From Desulfatiglandales bacterium (lineage in GTDB: Bacteria; Desulfobacterota; DSM-4660; Desulfatiglandales; Desulfatiglandaceae), in NCBI GenBank assembly GCA_963662465.1, contig OY759599.1, positions 3,328,001 to 3,392,000 of the forward strand: DNA of 64,000 nt, given 5' to 3'. The notes below the pieces were generated by a model that ran no database searches, was not told where the DNA came from, and saw only the letters and a list, made by a program, of their open reading frames with translations. The number at the start of each line of letters is the position of its first letter. Position 1 is the first letter of the stretch. This document shows positions 29,946 to 41,443 of the stretch, in pieces. Made by a program: the position numbers and the translations under genes.

Positions 29946-31550
29946 TCATTTATGACGCCCACGGCCAAACATGGCGGCAACCGCTGAAATTTCCCGGCAT
30001 CCCAAAACACGGGCAACCAAAAAATACACCACAATTCCAATGATCACAAGGGCTGAAAGGCTTGTAATTTTTTCTGAAAGGCCGCTCGCGGCAGTTGTGT
30101 AAAACCATTGGGCGCGGCAATAAAAAAGAATCAGCCCCATCACCAGGCTGGCTGAAACCGATTTTAAGAAGGACTTTAAAACGGGTGCAAGATTATTTAG
30201 AAATTTCTTTTTTCTGAGAAAAACGACCAAACACACAAATTGAACGGTCGATGCTATCGATAACGCCAATGCAAGTCCCGCATGTTTCAAGGGACCCATG
30301 AGCAGCAGACTCGAAATCACGTTCACGCCCAGCGCAATAAAGGCGACCTTGACCGGTGTTTTCGTATCCTGGAGGGCGTAAAATGCGGAGAGTAACACCC
30401 GCATGCCGGAAAAGGCCCAGAGGCCCGCGGTGTAACAAGCCAGGGCATCCGTTGTCATGGCCGAAGATTCAGCGCCAAAGGCGCCCCGTTGAAACAGCAG
30501 CTCGACAATGGGCCTTCCCAATATGAGCAGACCGACCGTAGACGGCAGCGTAATGAAAAACACAAGACATAAGGCGTGGTTCAGCGTTCCCTGAAACTGA
30601 GGATGGTTTTTCAAGGCCGCATCGGCGGCAAGAGATGGCAGGGCGGCCGTGGCGATGGCAATGGCAAAAATGCCCAAAGGGAACTGAACCAGCCGGTCCG
30701 CGTAATAGAGCCAGGAAATACTCCCTTCCGGAAGAAATGAGGCCAGGAGGGTTCCCACAAACTGGTTGAGCTGATACACGGCCGACCCAAAAACAGCCGG
30801 GAGCATTAACCGCCCTATTCGTCTTACCGCCGGATGAAGCGGTTTCCATTTTGGAAAAAGCCTCAAACCCGCGCCAAAAATCCATGGCAGCTGCAATGCC
30901 GCCTGCAGAGCGCCTCCCAGGATAACCCCCATTGCTACCCCGACAATGGGTTCAACACAGTGGGGAGAAATAAAACAGGCAGCGCCGATAATGCCCACAT
31001 TCAAAAAAATGGGCGCGGCGGCGGGGGCTGCAAAATGCCTCAGAGAATTGAGTACCCCCATAAAAAAAGCCACAATGCCGATAAAAAAAATGTAGGGGAA
31101 CGTAATTTGGGTGAGTAGAACCGTCAAATCATACTTGATGCCGGAACTTCCAAAACCAAAGGCCTGAATTTTTACAATCCACGGCGCAAACAGGATCCCT
31201 AAGATCGTGACAACCACCAGGATCAGGGAAAGAACCGTGAACACAATTCTGGCCAGTTCAAAAGCATCCGCCTTGCTTTTTAACGTTAAGTATTCCGTAA
31301 AAACAGGAATGAACGCAATGGTCAGGGATCCTTCCGCAAAAAGACGCCTCAACAGATTTGGAATGCGAAGGGCCACAAAGAAAGCATCGGCCGCCATACC
31401 CGACCCAAAAAAAGAGGCAAGCACCATATCGCGAACAAGCCCCAGGATTCGGCTCATGAGCGTAAAGAGCCCAATGACGCCGGCTGTGCCGCTGAGTGTT
31501 TTTGTCTGCAATTTATGCGATTGAGCTGACATCAAAAACCCTGAATGCAA
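29946..31550 (-). CDS. murJ: Lipid II flippase MurJ
   Basis: SRILGLVRD, RIPNLLRRLFAEG, YYADRLVQFPLG. Confidence 0.95.
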   Translation of the reverse strand: MHSGFLMSAQSHKLQTKTLSGTAGVIGLFTLMSRILGLVRDMVLASFFGSGMAADAFFVALRIPNLLRRLFAEGSLTIAFIPVFTEYLTLKSKADAFELARIVFTVLSLILVVVTILGILFAPWIVKIQAFGFGSSGIKYDLTVLLTQITFPYIFFIGIVAFFMGVLNSLRHFAAPAAAPIFLNVGIIGAACFISPHCVEPIVGVAMGVILGGALQAALQLPWIFGAGLRLFPKWKPLHPAVRRIGRLMLPAVFGSAVYQLNQFVGTLLASFLPEGSISWLYYADRLVQFPLGIFAIAIATAALPSLAADAALKNHPQFQGTLNHALCLVFFITLPSTVGLLILGRPIVELLFQRGAFGAESSAMTTDALACYTAGLWAFSGMRVLLSAFYALQDTKTPVKVAFIALGVNVISSLLLMGPLKHAGLALALSIASTVQFVCLVVFLRKKKFLNNLAPVLKSFLKSVSASLVMGLILFYCRAQWFYTTAASGLSEKITSLSALVIIGIVVYFLVARVLGCREISAVAAMFGRGRHK

Positions 31551-31557
31551 AAAAACC

Positions 31558-31585
31558 TTGACATATATAATAAATTTGCTATTAT
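31558..31585 (+). promoter_or_regulatory. Sigma70-type promoter of rpsT
   Basis: TTGACA-16 nt-TATTAT with TG extension. Confidence 0.6.
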
Positions 31586-31673
31586 TTTTAGTTCAAAATA
31601 AACAGTTTGTTGTGAGTAAAAAAAATAAAAACCAACATCCTTTACCCCAAAAAACATTTCAAGGAGACTCAGC

Positions 31674-31949
31674 TTGGCGAACCATAAATCTGCCCTGAAG
31701 AGGGCGAAACAAAACGAAGTTCAGAGAATTCAGAACAAAGGGTACAAAACCAAGGTTAAAAAAGCTGTTAAAGAGGTCAGAACCGCTATCACTGAAAGCA
31801 CACCGACCCAAGCTGGAGAGACGCTTATCAAGGCCGTTTCCATTATCCAGAAAGCCGCTTCAAAGGGCGTTATTCACAAAAATCAGGCTGCGAGAAGAGT
31901 CTCCAGGCTAACACTTCAGGTCAACAAGCTGTCTGCCTCGGAATCCTGA
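31674..31949 (+). CDS. rpsT: 30S ribosomal protein S20
   Basis: MANHKSALKR..KGVIHKNQAARR. Confidence 0.97.
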   Translation: MANHKSALKRAKQNEVQRIQNKGYKTKVKKAVKEVRTAITESTPTQAGETLIKAVSIIQKAASKGVIHKNQAARRVSRLTLQVNKLSASES

Positions 31950-31958
31950 TTGGCGGGA

Positions 31959-32957
31959 TTATAACGACAACACGAAATTTTCAAGAATCAGATGCGCCTG
32001 AGATCCCGACTTCAGGCGCCCGTCAGCCTGGTAAAGCAACACCAAGGCCTTTTCCAGGTCCTCTTCTCGCCAGCTTCGCGCCTGGTCAAGGATCTTATTG
32101 ACCAGAAAGCCGGGTACTCCCAATTTTTTTGCCAGCTCTCCCCGAGGGATACGCTCGGATGTAAAAACTTTGGCCTGAAAAATAATACGGATTTGCCGGG
32201 TCAGCATGCCGATAATCCCAAAGGCCGCATCCCGCCCTTCTTCTTCCAGATACCGGTTCAGGATGGACAATGATTGGGCTTTTCGGCGGTGGGAAATCTC
32301 ATCCATCAGCTCAAAAATAGTGAACATCCTACTAAATATACTGAGTTCTTTTATTTCCGCAGTCCCGATTTCCTTGCTGCCATGGCGAAGATAAAGCTTT
32401 TCAAGTTCCATGTGAAGCGTCCGGGAACCATTGCCGGCGATTTCCTGGAGGTGACGACAGGCTTCCATGTTGATATTTAATCCCAGTTCCCGGGCCGTTG
32501 CTTTTATCCAGGGCAGCACTTGTCGGTCATTCAATTCCTTGAAATTGACGGTGTAGCCGAGTTTTTTGCTAAAATTGAAAAATTTCAGTCTAAAATCGGG
32601 TTTTAACGCCACAAAAATCAGGCAGGTAGAATCCACCGGCTTTTCCAGATATGGAAGGAATGCCTCCAGGTTCACGGATGCGATACGATCCGTACGCCTG
32701 ACGATGACAAGACGGTTTGACGATAAAAACGGCATAGAGCGGGCCGCATCAAGGATGTCGCCCGGGTTTATGCTGCCATCCCCGTCAAAAATGTGAAGAT
32801 TGAAGTCTCTGGCTGATTCAGGAAGAAATGTTTCTCGGATTTGGTTTAAGACTTTTTCCAGGAGAAAATCATCAGGGCCGTAAAAAAGATATACCGACCC
32901 CAGACCACCCCTTTTGAGATGGTTTAAAACAATTTCCGGCGTTAACTCAGCAGGCAT
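31959..32957 (-). CDS. holA: DNA polymerase III subunit delta
   Basis: VYLFYG, PFLSSNRLVIV, TIFEL; synteny with lptE/leuS. Confidence 0.9.
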   Translation of the reverse strand: MPAELTPEIVLNHLKRGGLGSVYLFYGPDDFLLEKVLNQIRETFLPESARDFNLHIFDGDGSINPGDILDAARSMPFLSSNRLVIVRRTDRIASVNLEAFLPYLEKPVDSTCLIFVALKPDFRLKFFNFSKKLGYTVNFKELNDRQVLPWIKATARELGLNINMEACRHLQEIAGNGSRTLHMELEKLYLRHGSKEIGTAEIKELSIFSRMFTIFELMDEISHRRKAQSLSILNRYLEEEGRDAAFGIIGMLTRQIRIIFQAKVFTSERIPRGELAKKLGVPGFLVNKILDQARSWREEDLEKALVLLYQADGRLKSGSQAHLILENFVLSL

Positions 32958-33514
32958 CAGAATCTTTCCATGGTCTTCAGATAGATCCTTTCAGCCAACA
33001 ACTGTGCGATTCTTTTAGTGGCTTGCCGCTGGTTATAGCGGGTTTTAAGGGGATCTGAATCCACGGAAAAGGAAGCTTTCTCTTCCATATCCGGGTCATT
33101 CCATATGATTTTTCCGGTTTTTCGATCCACCAGTTTTGCTTCAAGCTTGATCTTCAGCCAGCGTGAACTCGTGACGTCAAAGGTGCTATCCGTAACCCTG
33201 TAGCTCAGAGGTTCGGTTTTGATATTCGTAACCTTTCCAATCAAAACCGCAGCAGCCGATTCCTTTGAAACCAGCGGCACCTGGGAATGACTGACGAATT
33301 CCCGACAGACCATCTTGGTAAAATCCCCTTCAAAACCAAGCGAAGAGGAAGGACTCTCCATGAGCGGTATGGCCATGCTGGGGATGGTTATTCTCGTGGG
33401 CTTTCCGGTTGCCTGCAGATGATAACCGCAACCGGAGACCAGGCTCAGGCAAACCAGCGCAACAGGCAAAATCCTTCTGATTGAAATTCGATAATTGACC
33501 AAGATATCCATCAC
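32957..33514 (-). CDS. lptE: LPS assembly lipoprotein LptE
   Basis: Lipobox VSGCGYHL; lies between leuS and holA. Confidence 0.85.
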   Translation of the reverse strand: MMDILVNYRISIRRILPVALVCLSLVSGCGYHLQATGKPTRITIPSMAIPLMESPSSSLGFEGDFTKMVCREFVSHSQVPLVSKESAAAVLIGKVTNIKTEPLSYRVTDSTFDVTSSRWLKIKLEAKLVDRKTGKIIWNDPDMEEKASFSVDSDPLKTRYNQRQATKRIAQLLAERIYLKTMERF

Positions 33515-33545
33515 TTAAAACCTAAAACGTAAAACTTAAAACCGC
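33513..33545. repeat. Heptamer tandem repeat (TAAAACN), inverted partner at 36641-36673
   Basis: 30/33 match to the reverse complement of the partner. Confidence 0.8.
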
Positions 33546-36121
33546 TAAACAACCACATTCACCAGTTTTTTCTGAACCACGATAACGCGCTTGATAGATT
33601 TCCCCTTTAAAAAACGCTGGATTTTTTCATCCGCCAGGGCAAGGGCCTCAAGTTCCTTGTCGCTGCTGGAAGCTGATACCTCAATTCTATTTCTCACTTT
33701 ACCATTTACCTGTAAAATGATCAGCTTTTTTTCGGTTATTAGCGCCGCTTCATGATAGGTTGGCCAGGAAACGTTCAGCAAAAAATCTTTATGGCCCAGC
33801 ATTTGCCAAAGTTCATCCGTGATATGGGGAACCAGGGGTGAAAGCAAAAGGATGGCGGTTTCAATGGCCTTACGGACCACGGACCAGTCGACGGCATCTT
33901 TTTGACCATCAGCATTCAGGAATTGATTGGTTTCATTAACCAATTCCATGACCGCTGAAATCGCCGTATTGAAATGAAACCGGTTTTCAATGTCGCTGGT
34001 GACCTTCTTGATGGTTTCGTGGGTCTTTCGATGGACGGACTTCACGGGCTCCGTGAGCTCGGGGCCGCCATCATGGGCCGTCACTTTTTTCAGATCTTCC
34101 AGGTGATCGGAGACCAGTCGCCATACCCTTTGAAGAAACCTGTAGGAACCATCAACCCCTTGTTCACTCCATTCCAGATCCTTATCCGGCGGCGATGCAA
34201 ACAGGCAGAACATCCGAACCGTATCGGCGCCGTAACGGTCGATCAATTCCTGGGGATCCACCACATTCTTTTTGGATTTGGACATTTTCACGATATTCCC
34301 GTCGATGACTTCCGCACCGCACCGGGAACACCGGCCTTCAACCACTTCTTTTGGAAAAAGGTAACCGTGTTCAGGACATTCCTGAGTGGCTTTACAGACC
34401 ATGCCCTGGGTTAAAAGATGGGTGAACGGTTCTTTTATGCTGATGTGCCCCAGATCATTGAGAACCCGTGTGTAAAAACGGGAGTAAAGCAGATGCAAAA
34501 TAGCGTGCTCAATACCGCCGATATACTGGTCCACGGGGAGCCAGTAATCAACCCGTTTTGCATCCAGGGGACCTTCCTTATAATCGGGACATGCGTAGCG
34601 ATCAAAATACCATGAGGACTCCACAAAGGTGTCCATGGTATCCGTTTCACGCCTGGCATTGCCGTTACATTTTGGGCAGGTCGTTTCAAAGAAAGACGGC
34701 TCGAAAGGCAGGGGGGAACCGCCATTGGGCCTCAATTCCAGATCCAGGGGAAGTACGACGGGCAGGTCTTTTTCGGGTACCGGAACGATGCCGCATTTTT
34801 CGCAATGGATCATGGGGATCGGAGCGCCCCAGTATCGTTGCCGTGAAATGCCCCAGTCCCTGATGCGAAAATTCACGGTTTTATGGCCGATGCCTTTGTT
34901 TTCAAGATAATCCGCAATGCTGTCCAGGGCCGCAAGGTTGCGTTGTCCGTTGAAAGGACCGGAATTCACCAGAATCCCCTGATCCACATAGGCTTCCGTC
35001 ATCTTCGTTTCGTCAAGATCGGAATCCTCGGGCTTAATGACCACCCGAAGCTTTAAACCGTATTTCCGGGCAAACTCGAAATCCCGCTGATCATGGGTGG
35101 GGACCGCCATGATGGCGCCGGTGCCATAATCGAAGAGAACGAAATTGGCCACGAAGATGGGGATTTCTTCCCGGGTCACCGGATTCAGGCAATGCCTCCC
35201 GGTAAAGACGCCTTCTTTGGCCGTAAAATCCGCGGTTCGCATGAAACTGTCCATCTTTAACGTGCGATCCACAAAATCAAACACCTCTTTTTCCTGGGGC
35301 AATCCCTTGATAATTTCCTTCACCATGGGGTGTTCGGGCGCCAGACACATGAAGGTAGCGCCGAACAGGGTATCCTGGCGGGTGGTGAAAACTTCAATGG
35401 CATCCTCCGCACCCACCATGGGAAACCGGATGGCCGCGCCATGGCTTTTGCCGATCCAGTTTTTCTGCATGCTCATGACCCGATCCGGCCAGCCCGGCAG
35501 TTTTTCACAGTATGCCAGCATATCATCGGCATAATCGGTAATCTTGAGGAACCAGCTGTTCATCTCTTTGATGCTGACTTCCTGCTCAGGGTGCCGCCAG
35601 CAGCAACCCTCTTCAACCTGCTCGTTGGCCAGAACCGTCTGGCATTTTTCACACCAGTTCACGTGGGTTTTCTTACGATAAGCAAGGCCTTTCTCATACA
35701 TTTGGAGAAAAACCAATTGCTCCCATCGATAATACTCCGGATCGCAGGTGGCCAATTCACGATCCCAGTCATAGCTGAATCCCATCCGTTTCAATTGGAT
35801 TCTCATGGCGTCGATATTGTCGTAGGTCCATCGCGCCGGATGGGTGTTGTTTTCGATGGCGGCATTTTCCGCCGGCATGCCGAATGCGTCCCACCCCATG
35901 GGATGAAGCACGTTTTTTCCGCACATCCTCTTGTATCTGGCAACCACATCGCCGATGGTGTAATTTCTCACATGGCCGATATGTATTTTCCCCGACGGGT
36001 AGGGAAACATCTCCAGAAGATAATATTTTTCTTTTAACGGGTCTTCTTCCGCCTTGAAAAGGCCTTGTTTTTCCCAATGGGCTTGCCATCTGGGTTCCAG
36101 TTCCAGAGGATTATATTTCAT
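33545..36121 (-). CDS. leuS: Leucine--tRNA ligase (in frame with upstream nusB)
   Basis: MFPYPSG..HIGH, KMSKS. Confidence 0.97.
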   Translation of the reverse strand: MKYNPLELEPRWQAHWEKQGLFKAEEDPLKEKYYLLEMFPYPSGKIHIGHVRNYTIGDVVARYKRMCGKNVLHPMGWDAFGMPAENAAIENNTHPARWTYDNIDAMRIQLKRMGFSYDWDRELATCDPEYYRWEQLVFLQMYEKGLAYRKKTHVNWCEKCQTVLANEQVEEGCCWRHPEQEVSIKEMNSWFLKITDYADDMLAYCEKLPGWPDRVMSMQKNWIGKSHGAAIRFPMVGAEDAIEVFTTRQDTLFGATFMCLAPEHPMVKEIIKGLPQEKEVFDFVDRTLKMDSFMRTADFTAKEGVFTGRHCLNPVTREEIPIFVANFVLFDYGTGAIMAVPTHDQRDFEFARKYGLKLRVVIKPEDSDLDETKMTEAYVDQGILVNSGPFNGQRNLAALDSIADYLENKGIGHKTVNFRIRDWGISRQRYWGAPIPMIHCEKCGIVPVPEKDLPVVLPLDLELRPNGGSPLPFEPSFFETTCPKCNGNARRETDTMDTFVESSWYFDRYACPDYKEGPLDAKRVDYWLPVDQYIGGIEHAILHLLYSRFYTRVLNDLGHISIKEPFTHLLTQGMVCKATQECPEHGYLFPKEVVEGRCSRCGAEVIDGNIVKMSKSKKNVVDPQELIDRYGADTVRMFCLFASPPDKDLEWSEQGVDGSYRFLQRVWRLVSDHLEDLKKVTAHDGGPELTEPVKSVHRKTHETIKKVTSDIENRFHFNTAISAVMELVNETNQFLNADGQKDAVDWSVVRKAIETAILLLSPLVPHITDELWQMLGHKDFLLNVSWPTYHEAALITEKKLIILQVNGKVRNRIEVSASSSDKELEALALADEKIQRFLKGKSIKRVIVVQKKLVNVVV

Positions 36122-36619
36122 GTCGCCGTTCCCTGTATTATCTGATTCTTTCGGTTCGATAGAAATCGTTTCGGCGCCTAAATCGATTTCCGCATCTATT
36201 TCAGCGCCCATGGTGTTGTAAACGTTGTCCAGTACGCCGTTGATATACCTGCTGGAATCCTCGCCTCCGAATTTATTCCCGATTTCAACGGCTTCGTCAA
36301 GGGAAACCCTGGGTGGAATATCCTCCAAAAACATGACCTCATAGGTTGCCAGCCGGAGGATGCTTCGATCCAGCCGGGTCATTCTTTCCAGTCGCCAATG
36401 CTTGGACGAACGCCTGATGACCTTATCCAGGGTTGTTTTCTTGTCGCAAACACCCCGAATCAGCTGCCACGAAAAATCCGTTATCGATTCCGCCACTTCG
36501 AAATTTTCACAAATGAGGCGGAAGGCTTCTGACGGATCATCATCGCTGTATTCCAGATGAAAAAGAACCTGAACCGCCAGTTCACGGGCTCTTCTTCTTT
36601 CCCCTGCAAAATGTTTCAT
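36122..36619 (-). CDS. nusB: Transcription antitermination factor NusB (no stop before leuS)
   Basis: [31 protein letters not shown]. Confidence 0.9.
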
Positions 36620-36640
36620 TTAATCCTAAGGCGGAAAACC

Positions 36641-36673
36641 GCAGTTTTAAGTTTTAGGTTTTAAGTTTTAAGT
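36641..36673. repeat. Heptamer tandem repeat (GTTTTAR)
   Basis: Direct reading. Confidence 0.8.
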
Positions 36674-36685
36674 CATTAACATTTA

Positions 36686-37153
36686 TCATGGCAGATCTTT
36701 GAGAAGGCTGACCATTTCAATGGCGGCCATTGCGGATTCAAATCCTTTGTTTCCTGCTTTTGAGCCGGCGCGTTCGATAGCCTGCTCGATATTGTCCGTG
36801 GTCAAAACGCCAAAGGAGATGGGAATGCCCGTCTCCAGAGAAACGGTCGCAATGCCTTTGCTCACTTCATTGGCCACATAATCGAAATGGGATGTGGCGC
36901 CCCTGATGACGGCGCCCACACAGATGATGGCATCATATTGGGCACTCTGGGCCAGTTTTTTGGCCACGACCGGCATTTCAAAGGCGCCTGGGACCCAAAA
37001 TGCCGTGATGTCGCTTTTGTCACAATCGTGCCGGACCAGCGCGTCGATGGCGCCCGCCATTAATTTGCTCGAAATGAATTCGTTAAAGCGACTCGCAATA
37101 ATGGCAAACCGCATTTCCTTTGCAATAAGCCGACCTTCTATAATTTTGACCAT
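36686..37153 (-). CDS. ribH: 6,7-dimethyl-8-ribityllumazine synthase
   Basis: [23 protein letters not shown]; start MVKII after RBS AAGGAGG. Confidence 0.96.
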   Translation of the reverse strand: MVKIIEGRLIAKEMRFAIIASRFNEFISSKLMAGAIDALVRHDCDKSDITAFWVPGAFEMPVVAKKLAQSAQYDAIICVGAVIRGATSHFDYVANEVSKGIATVSLETGIPISFGVLTTDNIEQAIERAGSKAGNKGFESAMAAIEMVSLLKDLP

Positions 37154-37230
37154 ACGGTCCTCCTTTGTCGGGCTGCCGAGCAAACACACAGGTTTACCCC
37201 TACATATTGGGTAGGCACAGGAGCCTACCC

Positions 37231-38454
37231 CTACGCGATCCCCACTTGATGTAAGAGATGTCCCAACTTTTGACATTTGGTTGTCAGGTATCGGATGTTT
37301 TCCGGTTTAGGGGTACACTCGATGGGCACTCTGCCGGTCACTTTTAATCCGTAACCCTCGAGACCCACTATTTTTTTTGGATTATTGGTAATCAGTTTCA
37401 TTTTCCGAACGCCCAGGGATACCAGGATCTGTGCGCCAACGCCATAGTCCCTCAAATCCGCGGCAAAGCCCAGTTCCTCATTGGCTTCAACCGTGTCAAA
37501 TCCCTGATCCTGAAGAGCATAGGCTTTCAATTTGTTGGCAAGGCCAATCCCCCTACCCTCCTGCTGGAGGTACAGGATAACGCCTCGCCCCTCCTCCTGG
37601 ACCATACTCATGGCCCTCTTCAACTGTTCTCCGCAATCGCAACGATAGGAATCGAAGACATCTCCAGTCAGACATCCCGAATGAACCCGAACCAGAATAT
37701 CCTTATTCGGATCAATTTCTCCTTTTACCAGGGCAAGGTGTTCATAATCGTCAATGTCATTGACAAAAGCCATGGCTCGGAATTCTCCGAAAGGCGTTTG
37801 CAGGGGCGTCTCAGCGCCTCGCTGAACAAAGGACTCGGTTCTCATCCGGTAGCTGATAACATCGGCGACCGAAGCGATTTTGAGGTCGTGTTCCCGGGCG
37901 AATGTTTGAAGATCGGGAAGCCTTGCCATGGAACCGTCATCGTTCATGATGCCGCAAATGGCGGCGGCCGGTTTTAAACCCGCCAGGCGTGCCAAATCCA
38001 CGGATCCTTCCGTCTGACCCGTTCTGAACAGGACACCGCCCCTTCTGGCCCGGAGTGGAAAAACAAATCCCGGCTGGACCAGGTCTTCCGGTTTGGCATC
38101 ATCGGCAACAGCGGCCAGAATGGCATCTGCTTTGCCGGCGGCGCTCATGCCCGAAGACACCCCGCGCGCAGCGTCAATGGAAACCGTAAAGGCGGTCTTG
38201 TAGGGGGAGCGGTTGTCCTGAACCATCTGTTTGAGATTCAGTTGTTCGACAATGGTGGGATCGAGCGCCAGACAGATCAGGCCCCGACCATAACGGGACA
38301 TAAAATTAATGGCTTCGGGGGTAACCATTTCAGCCGCCATGGTCAGGTCCCCTTCATTTTCCCGATCCTCGTCGTCCACAAGGATAACCATCTTCCCCTG
38401 CTTCAAATCTTCAATAACTTCTTCAATTTTGCTCATGTTCATTTTATTTACCAA
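37231..38454 (-). CDS. ribBA: RibBA (DHBP synthase domain degenerate / GTP cyclohydrolase II)
   Basis: [32 protein letters not shown]. Confidence 0.92.
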   Translation of the reverse strand: MVNKMNMSKIEEVIEDLKQGKMVILVDDEDRENEGDLTMAAEMVTPEAINFMSRYGRGLICLALDPTIVEQLNLKQMVQDNRSPYKTAFTVSIDAARGVSSGMSAAGKADAILAAVADDAKPEDLVQPGFVFPLRARRGGVLFRTGQTEGSVDLARLAGLKPAAAICGIMNDDGSMARLPDLQTFAREHDLKIASVADVISYRMRTESFVQRGAETPLQTPFGEFRAMAFVNDIDDYEHLALVKGEIDPNKDILVRVHSGCLTGDVFDSYRCDCGEQLKRAMSMVQEEGRGVILYLQQEGRGIGLANKLKAYALQDQGFDTVEANEELGFAADLRDYGVGAQILVSLGVRKMKLITNNPKKIVGLEGYGLKVTGRVPIECTPKPENIRYLTTKCQKLGHLLHQVGIA

Positions 38455-39106
38455 ATCCGTATTTTAAAAGGGTCTCAAGGTCGATTCCGGAAGACTTTCC
38501 GGATTTCCGATCGGATCGGTTAATGGAAAGCAGTTTCTCCACATATTTTCCGATTAAGTCTGTTTCGATGTTTACCGGTTCACCAACATTTTTTTTCAAA
38601 AGCGTCGTTTGCGTTCCCGTGTGGGGGATGATATTTACCTCAAAAAACGTTTTTTCACAAGCATTAATGGTCAAACTGATGCCATCAACGGCAATGGAGC
38701 CTTTTTCAATGATATAGCGAGAGAGTGCTTCATCCATTTCGATTTTTAAAAGCCAGGAATCATGTCGGGACTCCTTTTTAAGAATCTTTCCGATTCCATC
38801 CACATGCCCCAACACCAGGTGCCCGCCAAGACGATCCGTAAGACGCAGGGCCCGCTCCAGGTTAACATGATCGCCCTGCCCCATTAAACCCAGGGTGGTT
38901 CGCGAAAGGGTTTCCCCGGAAACATCCATATAAAGAGCGCCCCGTTCCATTTTGGACACCGTTAGACACACACCACTGACCGCAACACTGTCGCCCAATT
39001 TGCATTCCGTCATTTTAAATAATGGCGTAATGCAAACCTGCATATGATCCTGCATGCGACGTATGTTCTTTATCCTGCCCAGTCCCTCGGCCAGTCCTGT
39101 AAACAT
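38444..39106 (-). CDS. ribE: Riboflavin synthase
   Basis: [28 protein letters not shown]. Confidence 0.96.
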   Translation of the reverse strand: MFTGLAEGLGRIKNIRRMQDHMQVCITPLFKMTECKLGDSVAVSGVCLTVSKMERGALYMDVSGETLSRTTLGLMGQGDHVNLERALRLTDRLGGHLVLGHVDGIGKILKKESRHDSWLLKIEMDEALSRYIIEKGSIAVDGISLTINACEKTFFEVNIIPHTGTQTTLLKKNVGEPVNIETDLIGKYVEKLLSINRSDRKSGKSSGIDLETLLKYGFGK

Positions 39107-39195
39107 TCACAATCCTCCTCAACTATATCATAACTTGGGCATGCCGAAATCCAGGCACGGTTAACCTATGCCTCGCAACATAAAGTGTCAAGTTG

Positions 39196-40185
39196 TCAAT
39201 TCAGGTCGAGGGCAATTTTCAAGACGTCCGATCGGGAGGCGCCGTCAAAGGCTTCTCCGGCATGTTCGATGGGATAAAAAGCCGTTATGAGTCTTTTCAG
39301 GGGGATATCCGGGTAGGCGTTCAACAATTTAAGCCCGGTTTCAAAAGCGCCGCATCTGGAACCGACAATCGTTTGCTCATTCACCACCACGGCGGATAAA
39401 TTCATCATTTCCCCTTTAGAAACCGTTGACTTAAGGACAATGATGCCCCGGGGCCGGCAAATAGCCATGGCTTCGGAAAGCCCTGTCATCGAACCGGTAG
39501 CCTCCACCACAATGTCCGCGCCATATAAATCTCGATGAACCCCATGGACCGTTTTAAGGGTCCGCCATTTCGCTTTCTCCATTTTATCGGGATGATGCCC
39601 CGCAAGCGTTATGTCGGAAAGAATCGTATTCAGCACCCAGGCGCAGAGCATGCCCAATGGTCCATCGCCGAGAACCAGAGCGCGTTCAGTCCCCGTCAGT
39701 TGAAGTTGATCCAGTATTTCACAAGCCGCGGAGAGCGGTTCAATCAGCAAGGCTGTTTCATCGGAGATGGAAGGGGGCACGATCCGAAGATTTGAGATGG
39801 GCAGAACGCAATAATCAGCCATGCAGCCGTCCAAACCGCGAATGCCCAGCGCCTTGCCATGGGCGCAATGCCGCTTTAGTCCCCTTTTGCACCACTCACA
39901 TTCACCGCATGAAACATTAATCTCGCCCACAACCCGGCGACCCACCCAGTCGGCACAATCACATTGATCGACAACCCCCACGAATTCATGCCCAAGAATC
40001 CCCTTGAACTGCTGATACCCTTTTAGAATTTCCATGTCCGTACCGCAAATCCCCGCAAGACCCACTCGGATTCGCGCCCAGTTTTCCGGAACTTCAGGAA
40101 TGGGGTAATGTTGTGAAAACCGCAGTCGTCCGTCAAAAACCACGGCCCGCATGAATTCATTGTCTGACACGGATGTTTTTCTCAC
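39196..40185 (-). CDS. Zn-dependent alcohol dehydrogenase family protein
   Basis: GICGTD, GHEFVG, CxxCxxC, GxGxxG. Confidence 0.9.
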   Translation of the reverse strand: MRKTSVSDNEFMRAVVFDGRLRFSQHYPIPEVPENWARIRVGLAGICGTDMEILKGYQQFKGILGHEFVGVVDQCDCADWVGRRVVGEINVSCGECEWCKRGLKRHCAHGKALGIRGLDGCMADYCVLPISNLRIVPPSISDETALLIEPLSAACEILDQLQLTGTERALVLGDGPLGMLCAWVLNTILSDITLAGHHPDKMEKAKWRTLKTVHGVHRDLYGADIVVEATGSMTGLSEAMAICRPRGIIVLKSTVSKGEMMNLSAVVVNEQTIVGSRCGAFETGLKLLNAYPDIPLKRLITAFYPIEHAGEAFDGASRSDVLKIALDLN

Positions 40186-41117
40186 TAAAGCACTTCTCCC
40201 CTGACCCTGTCTCTTCCCTCATCCTTGGCCCGATAAAGGGCTTTATCCGCCCGATCAATGATGGCTTCATGGGACATCTTTTCATTATGCGCAGAAGACG
40301 CGAAGCCCGCCACGCCGAAACTGGCAGTAATGCGTATCTGTTCTCCTCCATATGAGGCAACACTTTCAGAAACAATCTTACGGAGTCTTTCCGCGGATAA
40401 CATTGCGCGTTCAAAATCCGTTTCAGGCAAAACCATCAGGAATTCTTCTCCACCATACCGCGCAACCCAGTCAACATCCTTTCGCAGCCCTTTCCGGATG
40501 GATTGAACAAAGGTTTTAAGAACCAGATCTCCCGCCTGATGACCATGGGTATCGTTGACGCGTTTGAAATGATCGATATCCGCCATCACAAGTGATATGG
40601 GTCGACCATAGCGCCTGGCTCGGGCGATTTCCTTTGCAAGGTATTCGTCCATATAGGTACGATTGTAGCAACCGGTAAGTTTATCCGTGATGGACAGGAT
40701 TCTGATTTTTTCATAGGCCTCTTTCAGGGATTTTTCCAGGTTCAGAACGCGCGTTGCCGTCTTCAGCCTGGCGATCAGCTCGGCGCGATCAAAGGGTTTG
40801 GTCAAGTAATCATCGGCGCCGGCTTCAAGACCGACGATAATATCATTCTTGGAATCCCTGGCGGTCACCAGAAAAATGAAGACATAACCTTCAGTGCGCT
40901 GTTCTCTGATCGCCTTGCACAATTGCAGCCCGTCCATTTCCGGCATACCCCAATCCGTCAGAACAATCGGAAAAAAATTCTTCTTGAAAATCTTCAGGGC
41001 TTCCCGACCGTTTTTTGCGGAGACCACATCATAACCGGCTCGGCGCAAGGTCATCTCCATCAATTTCCGGGAAACGGGATTGTCTTCAGCAACGAGAATT
41101 GGAAAAGGGTTTTTCAA
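40185..41117 (-). CDS. Response regulator diguanylate cyclase (REC-GGDEF)
   Basis: REC domain plus RYGGEEF. Confidence 0.93.
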   Translation of the reverse strand: MKNPFPILVAEDNPVSRKLMEMTLRRAGYDVVSAKNGREALKIFKKNFFPIVLTDWGMPEMDGLQLCKAIREQRTEGYVFIFLVTARDSKNDIIVGLEAGADDYLTKPFDRAELIARLKTATRVLNLEKSLKEAYEKIRILSITDKLTGCYNRTYMDEYLAKEIARARRYGRPISLVMADIDHFKRVNDTHGHQAGDLVLKTFVQSIRKGLRKDVDWVARYGGEEFLMVLPETDFERAMLSAERLRKIVSESVASYGGEQIRITASFGVAGFASSAHNEKMSHEAIIDRADKALYRAKDEGRDRVRGEVL

Positions 41118-41200
41118 AGGTTATCTCCTTGGATGCCCTTTGGGAAATTCATTTGAAAATTTACCATGATTCTTTTGTGATTTACCATGAAAATACAGCC

Positions 41201-41228
41201 ATTAGCAGTTAGCTGTTAGCCGTTAGCT
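41201..41228. repeat. Heptamer tandem repeat (RTTAGCN)x4
   Basis: attagca gttagct gttagcc gttagct. Confidence 0.7.
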
Positions 41229-41443
41229 TAAAAGCGGTAGATGTTATTTTCATGTTGGGGGGTGAATCTCGCATAATGGGGGTTTACCATAAGTGTAATT
41301 TTTTGTTAAGGAGATATTTGCTGCGGAAAACAAAACAGAAAAATGAAAAAGCAGAAAACACCCGTACCGCGGGAAGTCAACGTCTTGACTCCACCAATGC
41401 CTGGCACTATATTCCTAACGGTTAACGGTTACAAAATTTAAAA

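Noticed and set aside
39107..39195. FMN riboswitch upstream of the rib genes
   Set aside because: The intergenic region is under 90 bp and lacks recognisable RFN conserved motifs.
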